A stretch of 63,989 nucleotides of DNA, the filler included, from Thelocarpon superellum (lineage: Eukaryota): assembly GCA_026025795.1 (NCBI GenBank). It is 5 parts of 5 records of this genome, joined end to end, with 100 filler letters (N's around TTAATTAATTAA, not from the genome) between each part and the next. Parts side by side here need not be neighbours in the genome. Positions count along the whole stretch, not along the records: positions 26,330 to 39,363 come from JAPEUG010000467.1; positions 39,464 to 52,473 come from JAPEUG010000468.1; 3 more parts are not named here. The stretch is one strand, 5' to 3'. The translations under genes and the position numbers were made by a program. A model generated the notes under the pieces. It did not search any database and was not told the DNA's origin. It saw only the letters and a program-made list of their open reading frames with translations. Positions 34,054 through 47,188 of this stretch are shown here, piece after piece. Numbering within the stretch: position 1 is the first letter of the stretch; each line of letters opens with the position of its first letter.

Positions 34054-36459
34054 GGCGTGCGCGACGTGGGATGCGGAGGGGTGAGAGCCAGCACGAATAC
34101 GGATACGGTGCGGATACGGGTACACGGGTCTGAGTCCCAACACGAGCGTTCCTTCGTTCAAAAGGCGGGCCCCTTGGGATGGCAGCTACCAGAAGAGCAC
34201 GTTACTGGCAGGCGTAGGAGACTTTGCCCAGTGCTGAAAGAATTTCCACCCACGAGCGAACGACGCGTGCGTCTTGGCGTTGGGGAACCGGGGCTGGTGG
34301 CTGACCGGGCCCCACGTTCGGACGACTGCAGGTGCGCCGTCGTGCCAATCAGACGGATTGCTCCTGCCTTAGTGGCGGCGATGGCGCACAAGCGAGAGTG
34401 CCTTTGCTTTCGATCGTCGCTCGGCATGAGAGCCACGGGTGTACCAGCGTGGGTGGAAGGGCTGCCAGAAGTGCATGCCGGCGGGGGCGGTTTGGACGAG
34501 TACGAGTCCTCGTACCTGAGAGCAAAGTCTACCATGCACGCTGTCCAAGTAGGAGTAGTGGCCGGAGGAGGGAACGCAAGTCCATGGAACTTTTCGCATT
34601 ACTGGAGCACTTTGGTGGCACGCGTGACGGCGTTCGCCCTGTGCAGGTTTGCCTCCAGGCAGATGACTTGTTACTCCTCTCGTGACATTTCTTGGCCGCA
34701 CCGTCTGGACCAACGATGCACAACATCCGCTCCAACAATTCCACTATGGGCCCGGGTACCGTGGTACGAGGACGATACGCTGATAAGTTAGATGGGTTGG
34801 CGTGTGTTAGCTCGGCCTTGGGTTCATGAGCTCCTGGCCTCGTTGGACTGGGGAAAGGGCGAGGTTGGCTTCCTTGGGAAGCCAGCGAAACCCCAATTCC
34901 GAGCCACGAGGGCTGGGGGACGGTCGAGGCTGGGAGGGCGCCCAGGAGCCCAGGCGCCCAAGGTATGACACAACGGCGTGGGGACCAACCAGGGCGTCCC
35001 GCCATTATCGCCTAAGACTGCCTGGCCCGTCGTGCTCAACGCTTGTGTTCAGCACGACCCCCGAGCAGTACGCCGCACCCACATCACTCGGAGCACCATT
35101 CAGCACTTCGCCCTGGTGCACGATGCAACGCCGTGGCACCGTGACAACTCGGTGGCATTTATCATCAAGTCCTTGTCAATGGTCGATCGAAGGGTAGTGA
35201 TGGTACTACTACTTCACGTAAGGGCACTAGCACGGCGAATCGGTAGCTGTAGTGCCAGTGGACGGCGTTGGGATGGTGCTCATTCGCTGCGAAGACTTCA
35301 GGTACTCCCACCCGCGTAAGCTTTTGGACGGGGAGCAGTGGAGCAGTGGAGCCGATGGTCGCCCAGCGGCCATGGCAAAGTATCGTGCGCCCGCAGGCTG
35401 CAGCCCAGGCAGCCGAAGAATTGGTCCACGCGAAGCGGCGAAGCGAGCCGGGGGGGAAGGAACCGTGTGCTTGGACCGGTCGCCCGCGTGTGCTTGCTGA
35501 CGCCGTCGCCTTTCTAGCACACGCCGCACGATGATTCGTACGGGGCAATCCGAGCCCTCGTTCCTGAACCTAATCGAGAGCCGGACAGGGAAGCTTTTGC
35601 CTCTGCCCGGTCCTGCCCATCCCCTGTCCTTCCCACCATCTCGTCGAGCGGCCTCTGGGACCATGCTCCGGCCGCGTACAGTACTCGCACCATACCCGTT
35701 CGCTCTCGCTCCCCCCACCCCGGTCCACTATCGACCCCTCCCATCCTTGACCCACCCCAGCGAGATTATTATCCTTCCCGTCTTGCTTGGCCTCCCTATC
35801 ACCAAGCTCAGTCCGAGGGACTCGTACTCGGGCCCGTGCCATCCCATGCCATGAGGGGGGAGAAGTTACCTTCCGGCCCAGGGTCATGGTGGGCACAAGC
35901 GGCCGCCACTAAAACACCGGCCTCAGCAGGGAGCCAAGGATGCTGGAGCTAATGCGGCCGGTGCGGCCACTGGGCCCCGGTGAACCCTCAGTCAACCCGA
36001 GTGCTAATGCGGCAAAGACGTTCCTGGGTCGGACCCGGCATCGCTCATCTCTCCCGGTGCCCGCGGCCTCTCCTGACTGGAGAGCCGGAGACCGGACGAA
36101 CATGGCTTGGATGATGGTTCGAGCGTCGCTCACCGTCGCCCTCTCGCCGCCTCTTCACTCGTTGTATCGGTACTTGTAGGTTGTAGTACTGCTTTTATCT
36201 ATCCTTCGCGCCCACCTCCTCTCCGCCCTCATCGTCGACCGAGCTGTCTCCGTCAGGCCGTGATCCCCTTCCTGGCCTTTGATCACCGCGAGCCTCCTCG
36301 ACGCCCGACGTCATGGGCCCGTCACTCCACAACCACTCGTCCTTTGTGCGGCCGCGCACCCGTGATCGTGATGGCCGACCGGAAACGCGAGAACAGAGCG
36401 ATCTGGGTCTGGTCATTCCCAGTCGGACCTCATCGCTGCACTCCCGCATCACCCAGCCC

Positions 36460-39349
36460 ATGCCCTCGAGCTTTGCCGTGAAGCCGTCCCAGCGCACGCC
36501 CAAGACCCTGACGCATGCCTACATGGTGTGCGGCGTGGGTCGAGAACCGTCGCAGTGGGTCAAGGCTCCCGCCCCCGCCCAGGGCAAGATCCAGCACATG
36601 AAGGGCGCCGTGGGCCAATTCTGGCTCCCCGAGATCCTGGGCAGCAGTCCCCGGATCGAGCAGGACAACGAGGGTGCTCGTGCCTTGCATGCGGCCATGA
36701 GGGTAAGCTTGTTGAGTGCGGGAGCGATGTTGTGTAGCTAACACTCCGCCAGGCCTGCTTCCCCCACGATGTAGAGATCTGCACCGGCCGAAGCCAACCG
36801 CACTGCGTCCACCATGCATTCGTGCTGCAGCAAGACTCCTCCCATACCCTCTACGGCATTGCCCTGCGGGTGTGGTCTCGTGCGGATGAGAAGCGTGCGG
36901 AGACCATCCGTGACCTCCGCAAACGCACCGAACCTGACTTCTACGACTCGCCGGATGAGACCTACTGGATCCCATATTGTCTCAGCTTCCTCTCCCGGTA
37001 CCCGCTGTACAACTTGCTCGGTGACTATCTCCGCGGCATGTGGATCCACTGGAACAAGGCCACCAACCTATTCCACGCCGAGGAGGTGTCGCGCATCCTC
37101 AGCTTCCCAGCACCCCGCCTCAATGACCTGGTACGGATCGACATGAAAGATTATGCCCTGTGCTACCAGTTCCCTTCGTCGCCGACGGGCTTCCAGAACT
37201 TCGCCATGTGGCCGCTGTTCAGCTGTCTCTCGATCCCCAACATCGTCGGGGTGGTGGAGGCGGCCCTGTCGCCCACGCGCCGCATCATCTTCGTCAGTCA
37301 TTACCCGGCCATGCTCACGATTGCGGCCGAGACGATCCGGTACTTTGTCCGGGTGTACGAATGGAGCGGCTTGTACGCCCCTGTCGTGCATGCCCGTCAC
37401 ATCAAGGAGCTGGTGCAAGAGCCGGGCCCCTACATTTTGGGCGTCACGGCCGAGTGCCGCACGCTTTTCACGGCACCGACCGACGCCCTCGTAGTCGACC
37501 TTGACCGCAACTTCGTCCTGACGTCCAGCCCGCCGACGGCTCTGACGGCCGGACAGCGCAACAAGATGGTGGACCGTATGACCAACGCGCTAGCCGGTGA
37601 CGTGACTCCATCGGGGGTGCCACAACATCTGCGTTCGGCGTACGGCGGCGGGAAGTTAATTCCGGCCGGACAGATCATTGTGATGCGTGGTGAGGTCGAA
37701 AGCGTGCATGAGCCCGATTGGTGGAACCAAGACTCGGTCATGAGCGTGATGGACCACGTGTGCGAGAAGATGGTGAGTACTCCGACTGAAGCCAGAGCCG
37801 GAGCCGGAGCTGACAGATGTCAGGGTCGGAACACGGGCATGAAGGCTCTCTTCGGGGGAGCGGTCAAGAAGCCACTGATGACCAAGGTGTCCATGCGACA
37901 TCTGAACGAGATTGTGCGGGAACGCAACCAGTACTCGCGCGATGCTCTCGAAGCATGGCAAGACTTTATCAATCTCAAGGGGCGGATGGACACGGAGTTG
38001 TCCAAGGTCACGAAGCGCAACAACTTCCTGGTCGAGGAGCTCGAGAGCTGGAAGCAGCAGGTAAATCCGCCGAAGACATTATCGGCTTCAGTCGCTGATA
38101 AACCCCACAGTTCCTCAAATTCCAGGCGTTCGTGGAGCAACTCACCAAAGAGACGCAAGAGCTCAAGGTCAAGATCGAGAACCACAAGCGCGAGAACCGC
38201 CGTCTCACGAATCTCATCGATCAACAGAAAGACGACGCGGCGCGTCTCACGATGCGTCTGTCCGGCACGGAGAAGCAACGCGACGACGCGCTGGAAGCAC
38301 TCGTGTTGCAACAGGAGATTGCCGAGGAGCTGGAGCGCGAGCGGAAGCGCAACAAGAAGGAGCTGTCGGCGCTGCACCATACCAATCAGACCATCTGCCG
38401 GCAACGCGACGAGGCGCAGCGGGTGGTGGTGCACCTGCGCAGCCTCATCGACGGGCAGGCGCACCACATGGAGCACATTGTGCGGACGCTGAACCGGACA
38501 CCCGAGCTCCAGAATTACATCGAGGAGGGCTTTGAGGATGTGCCGGAGGAGGGCGAGGAGGGCGAGATGGGCGAGGTGGCGGTGGCGGCGAACAAGTCGG
38601 AAGTGACGCTCAAGGGCGCGGGCGTCGGCTTCAACTCACGGGCGCCGTCGCGCTCGTATAGCCGGGCCAGCACGATCGACGGCAAGCCCCTGGACGGCGA
38701 AGACGTCAACCCCGAGATGGAGCGACGATTCTTCAGCAGTCCGATCTCGAACCGGCGGCTGTCGCAGATGAGCATGGCGGACGTGGCGGACCGACATCTC
38801 CGCGACAAGACGGACGCCATTGCGGACATCATCCGCAACATCTCGGACCAATGTGCGGCGGCCGTGCAAGGGCTACACATGGCGCAGGACGCGGACAACG
38901 AAGACGAGCGCAGCTCCAGCAAGGCCTCGGGCCACGACTCGGGCGTCGACAGCGAGGGCTCGGAAGTCGAGAGCTCGGATCACGGCGAGGGCGAATCCAG
39001 CCTGCTCAGCCCGCACGCACACGCGGCCAACGGCCAGTCCAACTCGTCGGCACCGCCCACGCCCGATCTGGTGTACCGATCGTCGACGTCGCTGTCGATG
39101 AACTCGCAGTCGACGACGCCCGAGCGACACTCGCAGACGATCTACGCGTCGGACGTTCCGACGAAGATCGTCGAGGCGGACGACGAGCGTATGGAGGAAG
39201 AGGATGCGGCCAACGACGAGGACTCGACCCCTCATCCCCAGGGCGTCGGCATGGTCGAGAACTCGCCCAAATTGACGAAGCAGCATTCTGCTAGTCTCAT
39301 GCGTCGACCTGGTGGAGCTCGTATCTCTGCCCTTGGTGGCCAGTCTTGA
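36460..39349 (+). CDS. DENN-domain protein (putative Rab GEF) with C-terminal coiled coil
   Basis: uDENN region AYMVCGVG..FPHD..HHAFVL..TLYGIAL; DENN region IPYCLSFLSRYP, RRIIFVSHY, PGPYILG, LVVDLD; long coiled coil after 38110. Introns near 36703, 37773 and 38061. Confidence 0.85.
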
Positions 39350-39363
39350 GTCACCTCTGAACC

Positions 39364-39463
39364 NNNNNNNNNNNNNNNNNNNNNNNNNNNNNNNNNNNNN
39401 NNNNNNNTTAATTAATTAANNNNNNNNNNNNNNNNNNNNNNNNNNNNNNNNNNNNNNNNNNNN
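39364..39463. other. Artificial contig linker
   Basis: Same N44-TTAATTAATTAA-N44 structure. Confidence 0.97.
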
Positions 39464-40113
39464 GTGCCGATGCGACGGAGGAGTGAGTGGGGCGTTGCGG
39501 GCGTGGCGCTGGCCTCGCCCCAGACCTAGCCTCGCTGCTTCCACGTCGGCGGGCAGTCGGGCGGGCTTGGGTTGGAAGGAACCGACCGGTTTTGGTCCTG
39601 GGGGTACGAGCATGACGGGACCACACTGCTAAGTGGTGCCCAAGCCGCGTCGGTGCAGCGGGGGTGATGTGAGTCGGTCGGCGGGGTCTCGTCAGGCGTC
39701 GTCAGGCGGCAACCTCGTATCATACGCAGCCCGCTCTTGTCTCGAGGTGGTGGGCCAGTGCTGCAGGATGGGAGACGGGATCGTTTCCGTCTTCCGTCTT
39801 ACATCTTCATCCCGAGGCGGGCAGCAGAAGTCTGTGGCAGTCGGGAGGTGCCGATATCACCCAAAAATCTGGCGTAAAGTTTTGCTGGCCGCTTCGGCCC
39901 TTCTTAGCATCACGGGTAACGCCTGCAGATGGTGCGAATGCGGCACCAGCGTCTCGTCAAGCATGGATGTTGATCTCGGGTGGAAGTAGACGTATGAAGT
40001 ACATGGAAGACGTAAGGTCTGGAAGATAAAACGTGGGCTGGCACTGCGAGGCCCATTTGAGGAAAAAGTTGGGGAATGGTGGGACAGGTGGGCCAGGAGG
40101 AAGTGCGGATCAA

Positions 40114-43100
40114 TCACCGCTTGCGCTTCTTGCCCGTATCCTCGTCGTCCAAGCCACTCTCCTTATCCTTCTTCTTGGCCTTTTCCTCGAGATCGTCCCA
40201 ATCCTCGCCCATGCTCTCGTCGTCGTCGCTGCCCTCGGCGCTCCCGTCGGCCGAGGCATCCTCGTCGAACTCGCTGTCTTCCTCCGACGACTCGTCGGAC
40301 GCGGCCAGCTCCGAGTCGGACATCTCAAAGGCCGACTCTTCCTCCTCGGACTCGGCGTCTTCGTCGTCCGACTCGGCGGCGATGAAGGACCAGCCGCCAT
40401 CGAGGAAGAATTGATGCGGGTCCGCCGTCACCGTCTTCATGATGGTGGCCCAGTTCAGGTTCAAGGGGCCCTCGGAGAAGGGGATGTTGACCGAGTCCAG
40501 CCAGTCCTTGACGTTCTCCAGCGACTCTACCGGGATGGTGTTGACGTGCACCACCGGCCGATTGAAGTCCTTGAAGACGAAGACCATGTCGAAGTTCTTG
40601 AGCCCGAACTGCACCCGCTCCAAGTGCGCCACCTCGATCTCCTCGAGGGTGATGACGAAGAAGGGCGGCTCCGTCAGCTGGACGAGGCAGTCGGTCGAGG
40701 GCTGGACCAAGACGTTGGATCGGTGCGGGACGCCGTGGAAGGCCAGCTCGCGGAAGGGAATGTCGACGTCGACCTTGTCGTTGCGTCCCGCCTCGGAAAT
40801 CTTCTCGGCGAAGCTCTTGAACTCTCGATCGAGGGCGGCACGGCGCCGACGCTCTTCCTGCTCGGCCTCAAACTCCTCTTCATCGCCGTAGCGGTGCTTC
40901 CGTTTACGATTGCCCGTCTCGTCGAATTGGATGTCGGTGGCCTCGCGGTAGAATTGCACGTCCCTGGTCTTCTTCTTTCCCAGCACGATGGGATTCCGGA
41001 GGTGCACGTGGATGATGACGATGAGCTCGTGCGCGCACGGCTGGAAGAAGAGGTGCTTGACGTTGTTGAAGAGGATGTCGACGCGCTGATCCGGCCGCAG
41101 TGGCGACTGGTACCGCAATCCGTTCTGGTGGATCTCGATCTCGCCCGGCACGCGTTTGCCGTCCATCGCCGGCCGTACGTAGACCTCTGGGAGACGCTGT
41201 GGTCGCCGATCTGCCGTCGCAGTTAGTGCCATGTGCCTAACCACATCCGCAGGTGCGCCACTCACTTCGAATCTCCACGAGCTTGTCCTGCTCCACCACA
41301 TCCTCCATCTCCTTCTTCTCCTGTTCGCGCTTGAGCGCATTCTTTCGCAGCTCCGTGATTTGCTGGCTGATATCTTGCATGCGGTCGGCGTCCTTGGAAC
41401 GGAAGGTCAGGCTCCGCACGAAGTGGGCCGACGGATCTTCAAAGGGCTGGTCGTCCTTGCGGCCGACGCCTTGGCCGGGCGACAGGAAGTTGATGCGGAG
41501 GTAGGCGAATTCGCCCTCGTCATTCTTGCTCGCGTTTTTGATGGTGTTGATATGGAAGGGCACGGGCCGACCCATGATGGGCAAGATGATGGTGCTGTTG
41601 CGCGGATCCAAGACGATCTGCAGCTCTTTCACCTTGGATGGAAATTGCCCGTCGCGCTTGTAGGACTCGAAGCGCTTGAAGGCCTTCTGTGACGCGCCCT
41701 TCTCCTCCCCTCCGGCCACGGCGTATCGTGCAAGACCTTCCTCCTGCTTCTTTCGCGCGAGCTCCTTCTGATGCTCGCGGCGCCGGGCCTCGGCGCCCTC
41801 GTCGACCTGGGTGCTGCGCTCGCCGCGCAGCTTGGTCTTGGTAATGTTCTGGGTTGCGACGGCGCCGACACGCGGGTCCTTCTTCTCCTTGGGCTTGGGC
41901 GCGGGCTCCTCGTCCTCGTCCTTGAAGAAGAAAGAGGTGGATTCCAGATCCGAAGGGGCGTCGGCGGTGAAGACGACGGCATCGGACCGGGTCACTCGCA
42001 CGGTGTCGGTGAGGACCAAGGCGTATTTGGCGTTCTTCTTGTCCGACGGATCCGGGTTGTCAAGATCCGTGAAGCCGGTGGTGATGCTCAGCGTCATGCC
42101 ATCTTTGAGCACACGTGTATTCTTGCCGTTGAGGAGCAGGGTGTTGTCGCGCGTCTCGATGCCGATGCCGGCGCCAACGTTTCGCACAAAGTGCTTCTCC
42201 AGCTCGGGCTTCTTCGACTTCAGCAGGCCAACGGCTTTGTTGTAGATGTCCTTGACCACCGCACCGTCGCGGACCTCCTTGATGACGGTCTCATGCAAGG
42301 TCAGCAAGAGCTTGTAGTTGTTCTCCTGCGATTTCTTGGGGTCGACGAGGTAGGTGCGTGCAATGAGGGAGCAGTAGGTGCGATATCGCAGCCCGAGCCC
42401 GGCAACGATGACGCCAGCATGCAGGTTGTTGGAGTCCGCTTGTGCGCTGAGCTTGAGGTCGTAATTGCCCCCACTCTGTACGACAGGCCCATACGTCCAA
42501 TCGAGCTGGCCCGGGTCGAAGTCGCTGGGCAGCTTGGCGACCTTCTTGAAGAAGGCAGGATCGTCGATCTTGCCGTCGACCTTGCCTGCTAGGACACTGT
42601 GCGAGACTTTCTTCTCGGCGTCTAGGATGTCGGACATCTCCTCAACGAAGAAGGGATTCATGATGGCCACGCAGGCTTTGGAGGCATTCCGCATGGCACG
42701 CTACCGGTGGGCATGGTGGATCAGCAAGGATGCAGAGGGTTCGCTCGGCCACCTGGGGGCATACCAGCTCATTCTCGTCCTTGACGGCCAACGCTGCGGA
42801 TGACAGTGCGGGGGCAATATCGACCTCCTCCGTCGTCGCCGAGATCTGTCCAAACGCAGTCTTCCACTCATCCACGAAGGGGCCGGCCGAGGTGTCTTTG
42901 GCGATGGTGCCGAGCTTCTTCTGTCGCGTGGGTCAGTCGTGCGCCTCATCTTCCAATACAAGTTGGGCTGAAGGTTACCCCCGAGGCTTTGATCACGTCG
43001 ACGATCTGTTGGAATAGCTTGGTGTTCTGTTCGGCGTCGCGGCTGCGAACGAGAATCTCGAGGGGAACCTTGCCGCTCTTCAGCGGCTCCAGATGCTTGG

Positions 43101-43483
43101 CTGGGAAGGTGATGCATCAGCGAGGCCACGATGGGGGTCGTTCGCCCTGCTCCGTACCTTTTTTTGCCGTCGTGACGACGTAAAACTTTTCGAGCGTGAA
43201 CAGGAAGAGCGTGGCGGGAAATTCGTAGCCCAGCAACCAGAACTGTATCGATGACCGGGGATGAGACTCCACTACCCAGCAATTGGAGGAAGGGTCAACG
43301 TACGTGCATGGCGTTATTCTTAGCGAATGCGTTGGATTCTTCCGTCTTGCCCATGAGTATCAAGACGGACCCGACGCCGCCGAACATCGCGTCGCCGGCG
43401 CGTCGATCTGCCTTCCATGCCGAGACAAAGTGCGACAGGCGGTCGTGGAAGATTTGCTTGTCGATTCGGATTTCGTCGCCCAT
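40114..43483 (-). CDS. SPT16: FACT complex subunit Spt16 (multi-exon)
   Basis: Motifs [61 protein letters not shown] and NLNWATIMK, followed by an acidic tail ending KKRKR. Confidence 0.97.
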
Positions 43484-43878
43484 GGTGGCGCCTCCAGCGA
43501 AGCCGACTACTGTGGAAGTAAGGTTGAGGTAGCTGACGCGGGAGGCGGGTGGTTAAGAGTCAAGGTGAGGGCCGATAATTCCACGGGTCTGAGTCAAGAA
43601 CGAGGCGTGCGACGTGCAACGTGAATTTGGAGGCGCCTCTGGCAGCTGGACCAAATCCAACTAACCGCTTTGGGTAAATTGATGTGAAGGATGATCTCTG
43701 ATTACCTAAGGATCACCGTGGGTCGAAAGAATCACGCGTCCCGTCTGCCGGTGAGGTGGAGGAGAGGCGGCCCGGACGGGGAAGTGGAAGATGGTGACTC
43801 TGCTGGTGTATTGGTTCCTTTTCTCTTACGGCACTTTGATGGCGAGATGAGCTTTGAAACGGTGCTACCAGTCAGACC

Positions 43879-45352
43879 ATGACCACGCCGCTCGATGTGG
43901 CTCCCACAGACGGGGAGCACCCCCGAGTGCCTGGGGACGGGGAGCACCTCAAGAGGGACCGGTCACGTAATGCGGCCACTGGAGCGTCGGCCGCTGGCAT
44001 TCGAGCGGTGACCACCCAAATGGTGGCCTTTTACTTTCGAGCTCCCGCAAAGGCCTTCTTTCGCACGAGAATAGAGTGAGTGAGGTGACGTTGGCACGAC
44101 CTGGTGGGAGGAGCAAGCTGATCGATCTGCAGCTACATGGTACGCGTACTTCTCTCAGTGCCCGCAGGGCCGAAGGCTCACCTGTGCTCAGCATCTTGCC
44201 CGAGCCGTCAACCCACGCATCCAGGCCAAGGAGCCATGGTCATGGAGGACCAGCACGCCGGGCCTGCTGGCTCACGCTGTCCGCTCGCAGGGCTGGACAT
44301 TCATTCCCAACCAGGTGCTCCCGCCACTCATTGCCAACGTCGGGTGAGTAGAATGAGGGCGAGCCATCATCGCTGGAGGATCACTGAAACGTGGCTCCAG
44401 CGTCGGCGCCGTCCTGTACACGTCGTATCTGCAGTTCCTTGGAGCGCTGTACGAGCCCTCCTCGCACCCCACCAAGCGCGTCTCACCGCCCCCACCGGCA
44501 TCAGCCTCATTCATCGCCGGCTTCGCGGCGGGCTCCGTGCAATCTCTCGTGGCAGCGCCGCTCGATGCACTGCAAGTGCGGTTCAAAGCCAGTGAGATTC
44601 TCGAGGGCCGATATCAGAACATGTGGCACTACGGACGAGACAAGCTTCGCGAGATCGGTGCACGAGGCATCTTCGCCGGCTGGACCCTTTCGTTCCTCAA
44701 GGAGTCCCTCGGCTGCGGCATCTTCTTCGCGACCTTTGAATACGTCAAGCAACAAGCCTTCTTCTCCTACCTTTCCTACCACTACCGACCACAGCATGCG
44801 TCTATGGATCTCCCCAGCTCTTCCTCTTCCACCTCTTCTTCCTCTTCCACTTCCACCTCGCCACCACCTCCCACAGCCATCATTCGCCCACACTTCACCA
44901 TTGAACCGACCTTCCTCCTGCTCGCAGGCATCACGGCCTCGTTGGCACAGCAAACAATGCAGTATCCTCTGACGCAGCTCCAAACGCTGTACTACAGCCG
45001 GCTAGAAGCCCTCGACCACCTGGCGTCAGGCCCGCACCCGGGGCGCCAGACGCTGCAAGGGTACTATGCGGCGTACACGACCACGCTGCGGCAAGCACGA
45101 CGACGCGCACAGCGGCTGGCGCACGGTCGGTCGCTCGCACGTGGATGGGCGCTCTGGCTCTACCGTGGCTTCTGGAAGGCCTCGCTCCGTCAGGTGCCCA
45201 GCACTAGCGCCGGGCTGGTCATGTTCGAGCTCGTGCGGAGAAAGTATGGCGCTCTGGATGATGGCGACGTTGATCAGATCCGCATCCATGAGCATCTTCA
45301 TGGGGAAGGGAGTAGTGTTGGCGACGGTGGCGTTCAGATCTTGCTCTCCTGA
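43879..45352 (+). CDS. Mitochondrial carrier-domain protein (multi-exon)
   Basis: Motifs AFYFRAPAKAFFRTR, FIPNQVLPPLIAN, AGFAAGSVQSLVAAPLDALQVRF (Px[DE]xx[KR]-like), GIFFATFEYVK and LYRGFW..RQVPSTSAGL. Confidence 0.8.
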
Positions 45353-45902
45353 AACGGAATCCATGGACATGCGTGGATATGCGTGGACATGCATGGACAT
45401 GCATGTATGGTATGGAATTAGCCATCACCAGCTGTCGCATTGAGTTGAATGAGCTTGGAGTACTCATACCCTGTCTTGGTGTCCATCAACGGCGGCTGAT
45501 CCAGCGGGTACATGACGACAGCGATAACGCATACCCGAAATGCATACCCGAAACGCGTACACGTTCCCTGCGCTACGACTTGGTTACTCGGGAACATGTA
45601 CTCGTATGAAATGCCTTCCTACATTTCTTAGCGGCCGATAATGCGAGGTCAGCTTCCACGGGCACAATCACCGCGTTACATACCGTATCCTGACAGACAC
45701 TGCGGACGAATCCTTTGTCATTTGCGTATTCTCTGTACCAAGTCTATATCATATGTCCTGCGTTGTATGAGGGCACCTCACGTCTAAGCAAGCCGGCAAC
45801 TATGCCGTTCGTCCGCATGGGCGGGCAATGGTATCGACACCAAGCCGACCAGCCAAAGACGACGATGACGAGGAGTCATGGACATGGCAGGGTGGACACG
45901 CG

Positions 45903-46164
45903 CACTCACTCCCTCCCTCCCTCACTCACTCACTCACTCACTCCCTCCCTCCCTTACTCACTCACTCACTCACTCCCTCCCTCACTCACTCACTCACTCA
46001 CTCACTCCCTCCCTCCCTCCCTCCCTCCCTCCCTCCCTCACTCCCTCACTCACTCCCTCCCTCACTCGCTCACTCACTCACTCACTCACTCACTCACTCA
46101 CTCACTCCCACCCTCACCCACCCACTCACTCACTCACTCCCTCCCTCCCTCACTCACTCACTCA
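45903..46164. repeat. Compound (CACT)n/(CCCT)n microsatellite, ~260 bp
   Basis: Interleaved cactcactcact and ccctccctccct runs. Confidence 0.95.
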
Positions 46165-47188
46165 CAGACACAATCCTCCTTTCCATCGCTCTCCTGCTAG
46201 ATACCTGCCAGCCCGATCATCCAAAGAAGTCCTCTTGTCTTTTCTCCCTTCCGTGCATATTCTTTTCCCCCCCTTCTCTCTTTGCACCACGCATCTCACG
46301 CTCCTCCTCGGTGGTGCTCCTTGTGTCCTCTCTCGCTGGCGCCGTCCCCTGCCAAGATCACTTCTAGTGGACTTGGATTTTCATCGTTTGGGTGATGGCC
46401 CACCGAGATCTGGTCGCTGATCCCGATGCTCTAAGCGACGGTGGGTTTGACGGTCTGCTCCTCCACGTTCAGAGCTCCACGTCCAGAGCTGTCCAGACCG
46501 TCTGAGCACCATTCGGCGGATATCGTGTCTGACCAATTACTGGCGAATCATCGTCGCAGAAGCTTGTAAAACCTCCAGCGCACGGACATTTCTCAAAGCT
46601 GGGCTGGATGCCTGTGGTTGGTCCCTCAAGAGATGCGGTTCCCCTTTGGAAGAAACGTGGTACGGAGGCCTCGTTGGCGACGGGAACCAGCTCGCGCTCC
46701 TTCTCTGCGCCCGCGGCCAGCTACCATCGACCGGGTTCTTCTGGTCCTTTACCCCCTACTTACACGCTCCCAGGTCGGTTCCTGATATCCATGAGGCGCC
46801 TGCCACAATGTATTCTTTCGTCGCTCGCATCTACGGTCCCGAGGAGTCCGTCTTGAACGGCCCATTGAACGGCCCATGGACGCTGCTGTCACTGCAACCT
46901 GTCAAGTGAAAGGTTATGAAGCTCCCCTTCACCGACTCTCGGCATGCCAGTGCCGCTGGCGGCACCAAGGAAGAGCGGCGACGTCCGGGTGAGATGAGGG
47001 CAAGGGTGCCGCAGATATTTGTACGTTCGACGCATGTATATAGATCTCTACGCGCCTCTGCCTCTCTGTCTCCACGTAAACGCCGACCGGTCGTCTCCGA
47101 AAGACAAGCAAGATGCGCCAACCGCGAGCAGAGCAGAACGCCAACACCAAGCCCGATGAGACGTACCCGCACGACGTACGCACATACA

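Noticed and set aside
34057..36400. ORFs of 100-244 aa between BCD1 and the DENN gene
   Set aside because: They have no domain signatures and overlap in many frames, as expected for GC-rich intergenic DNA.
45715..46420. Three overlapping ORFs with SLTH/HSLP repeats
   Set aside because: They are translations of the (CACT)/(CCCT) microsatellite.
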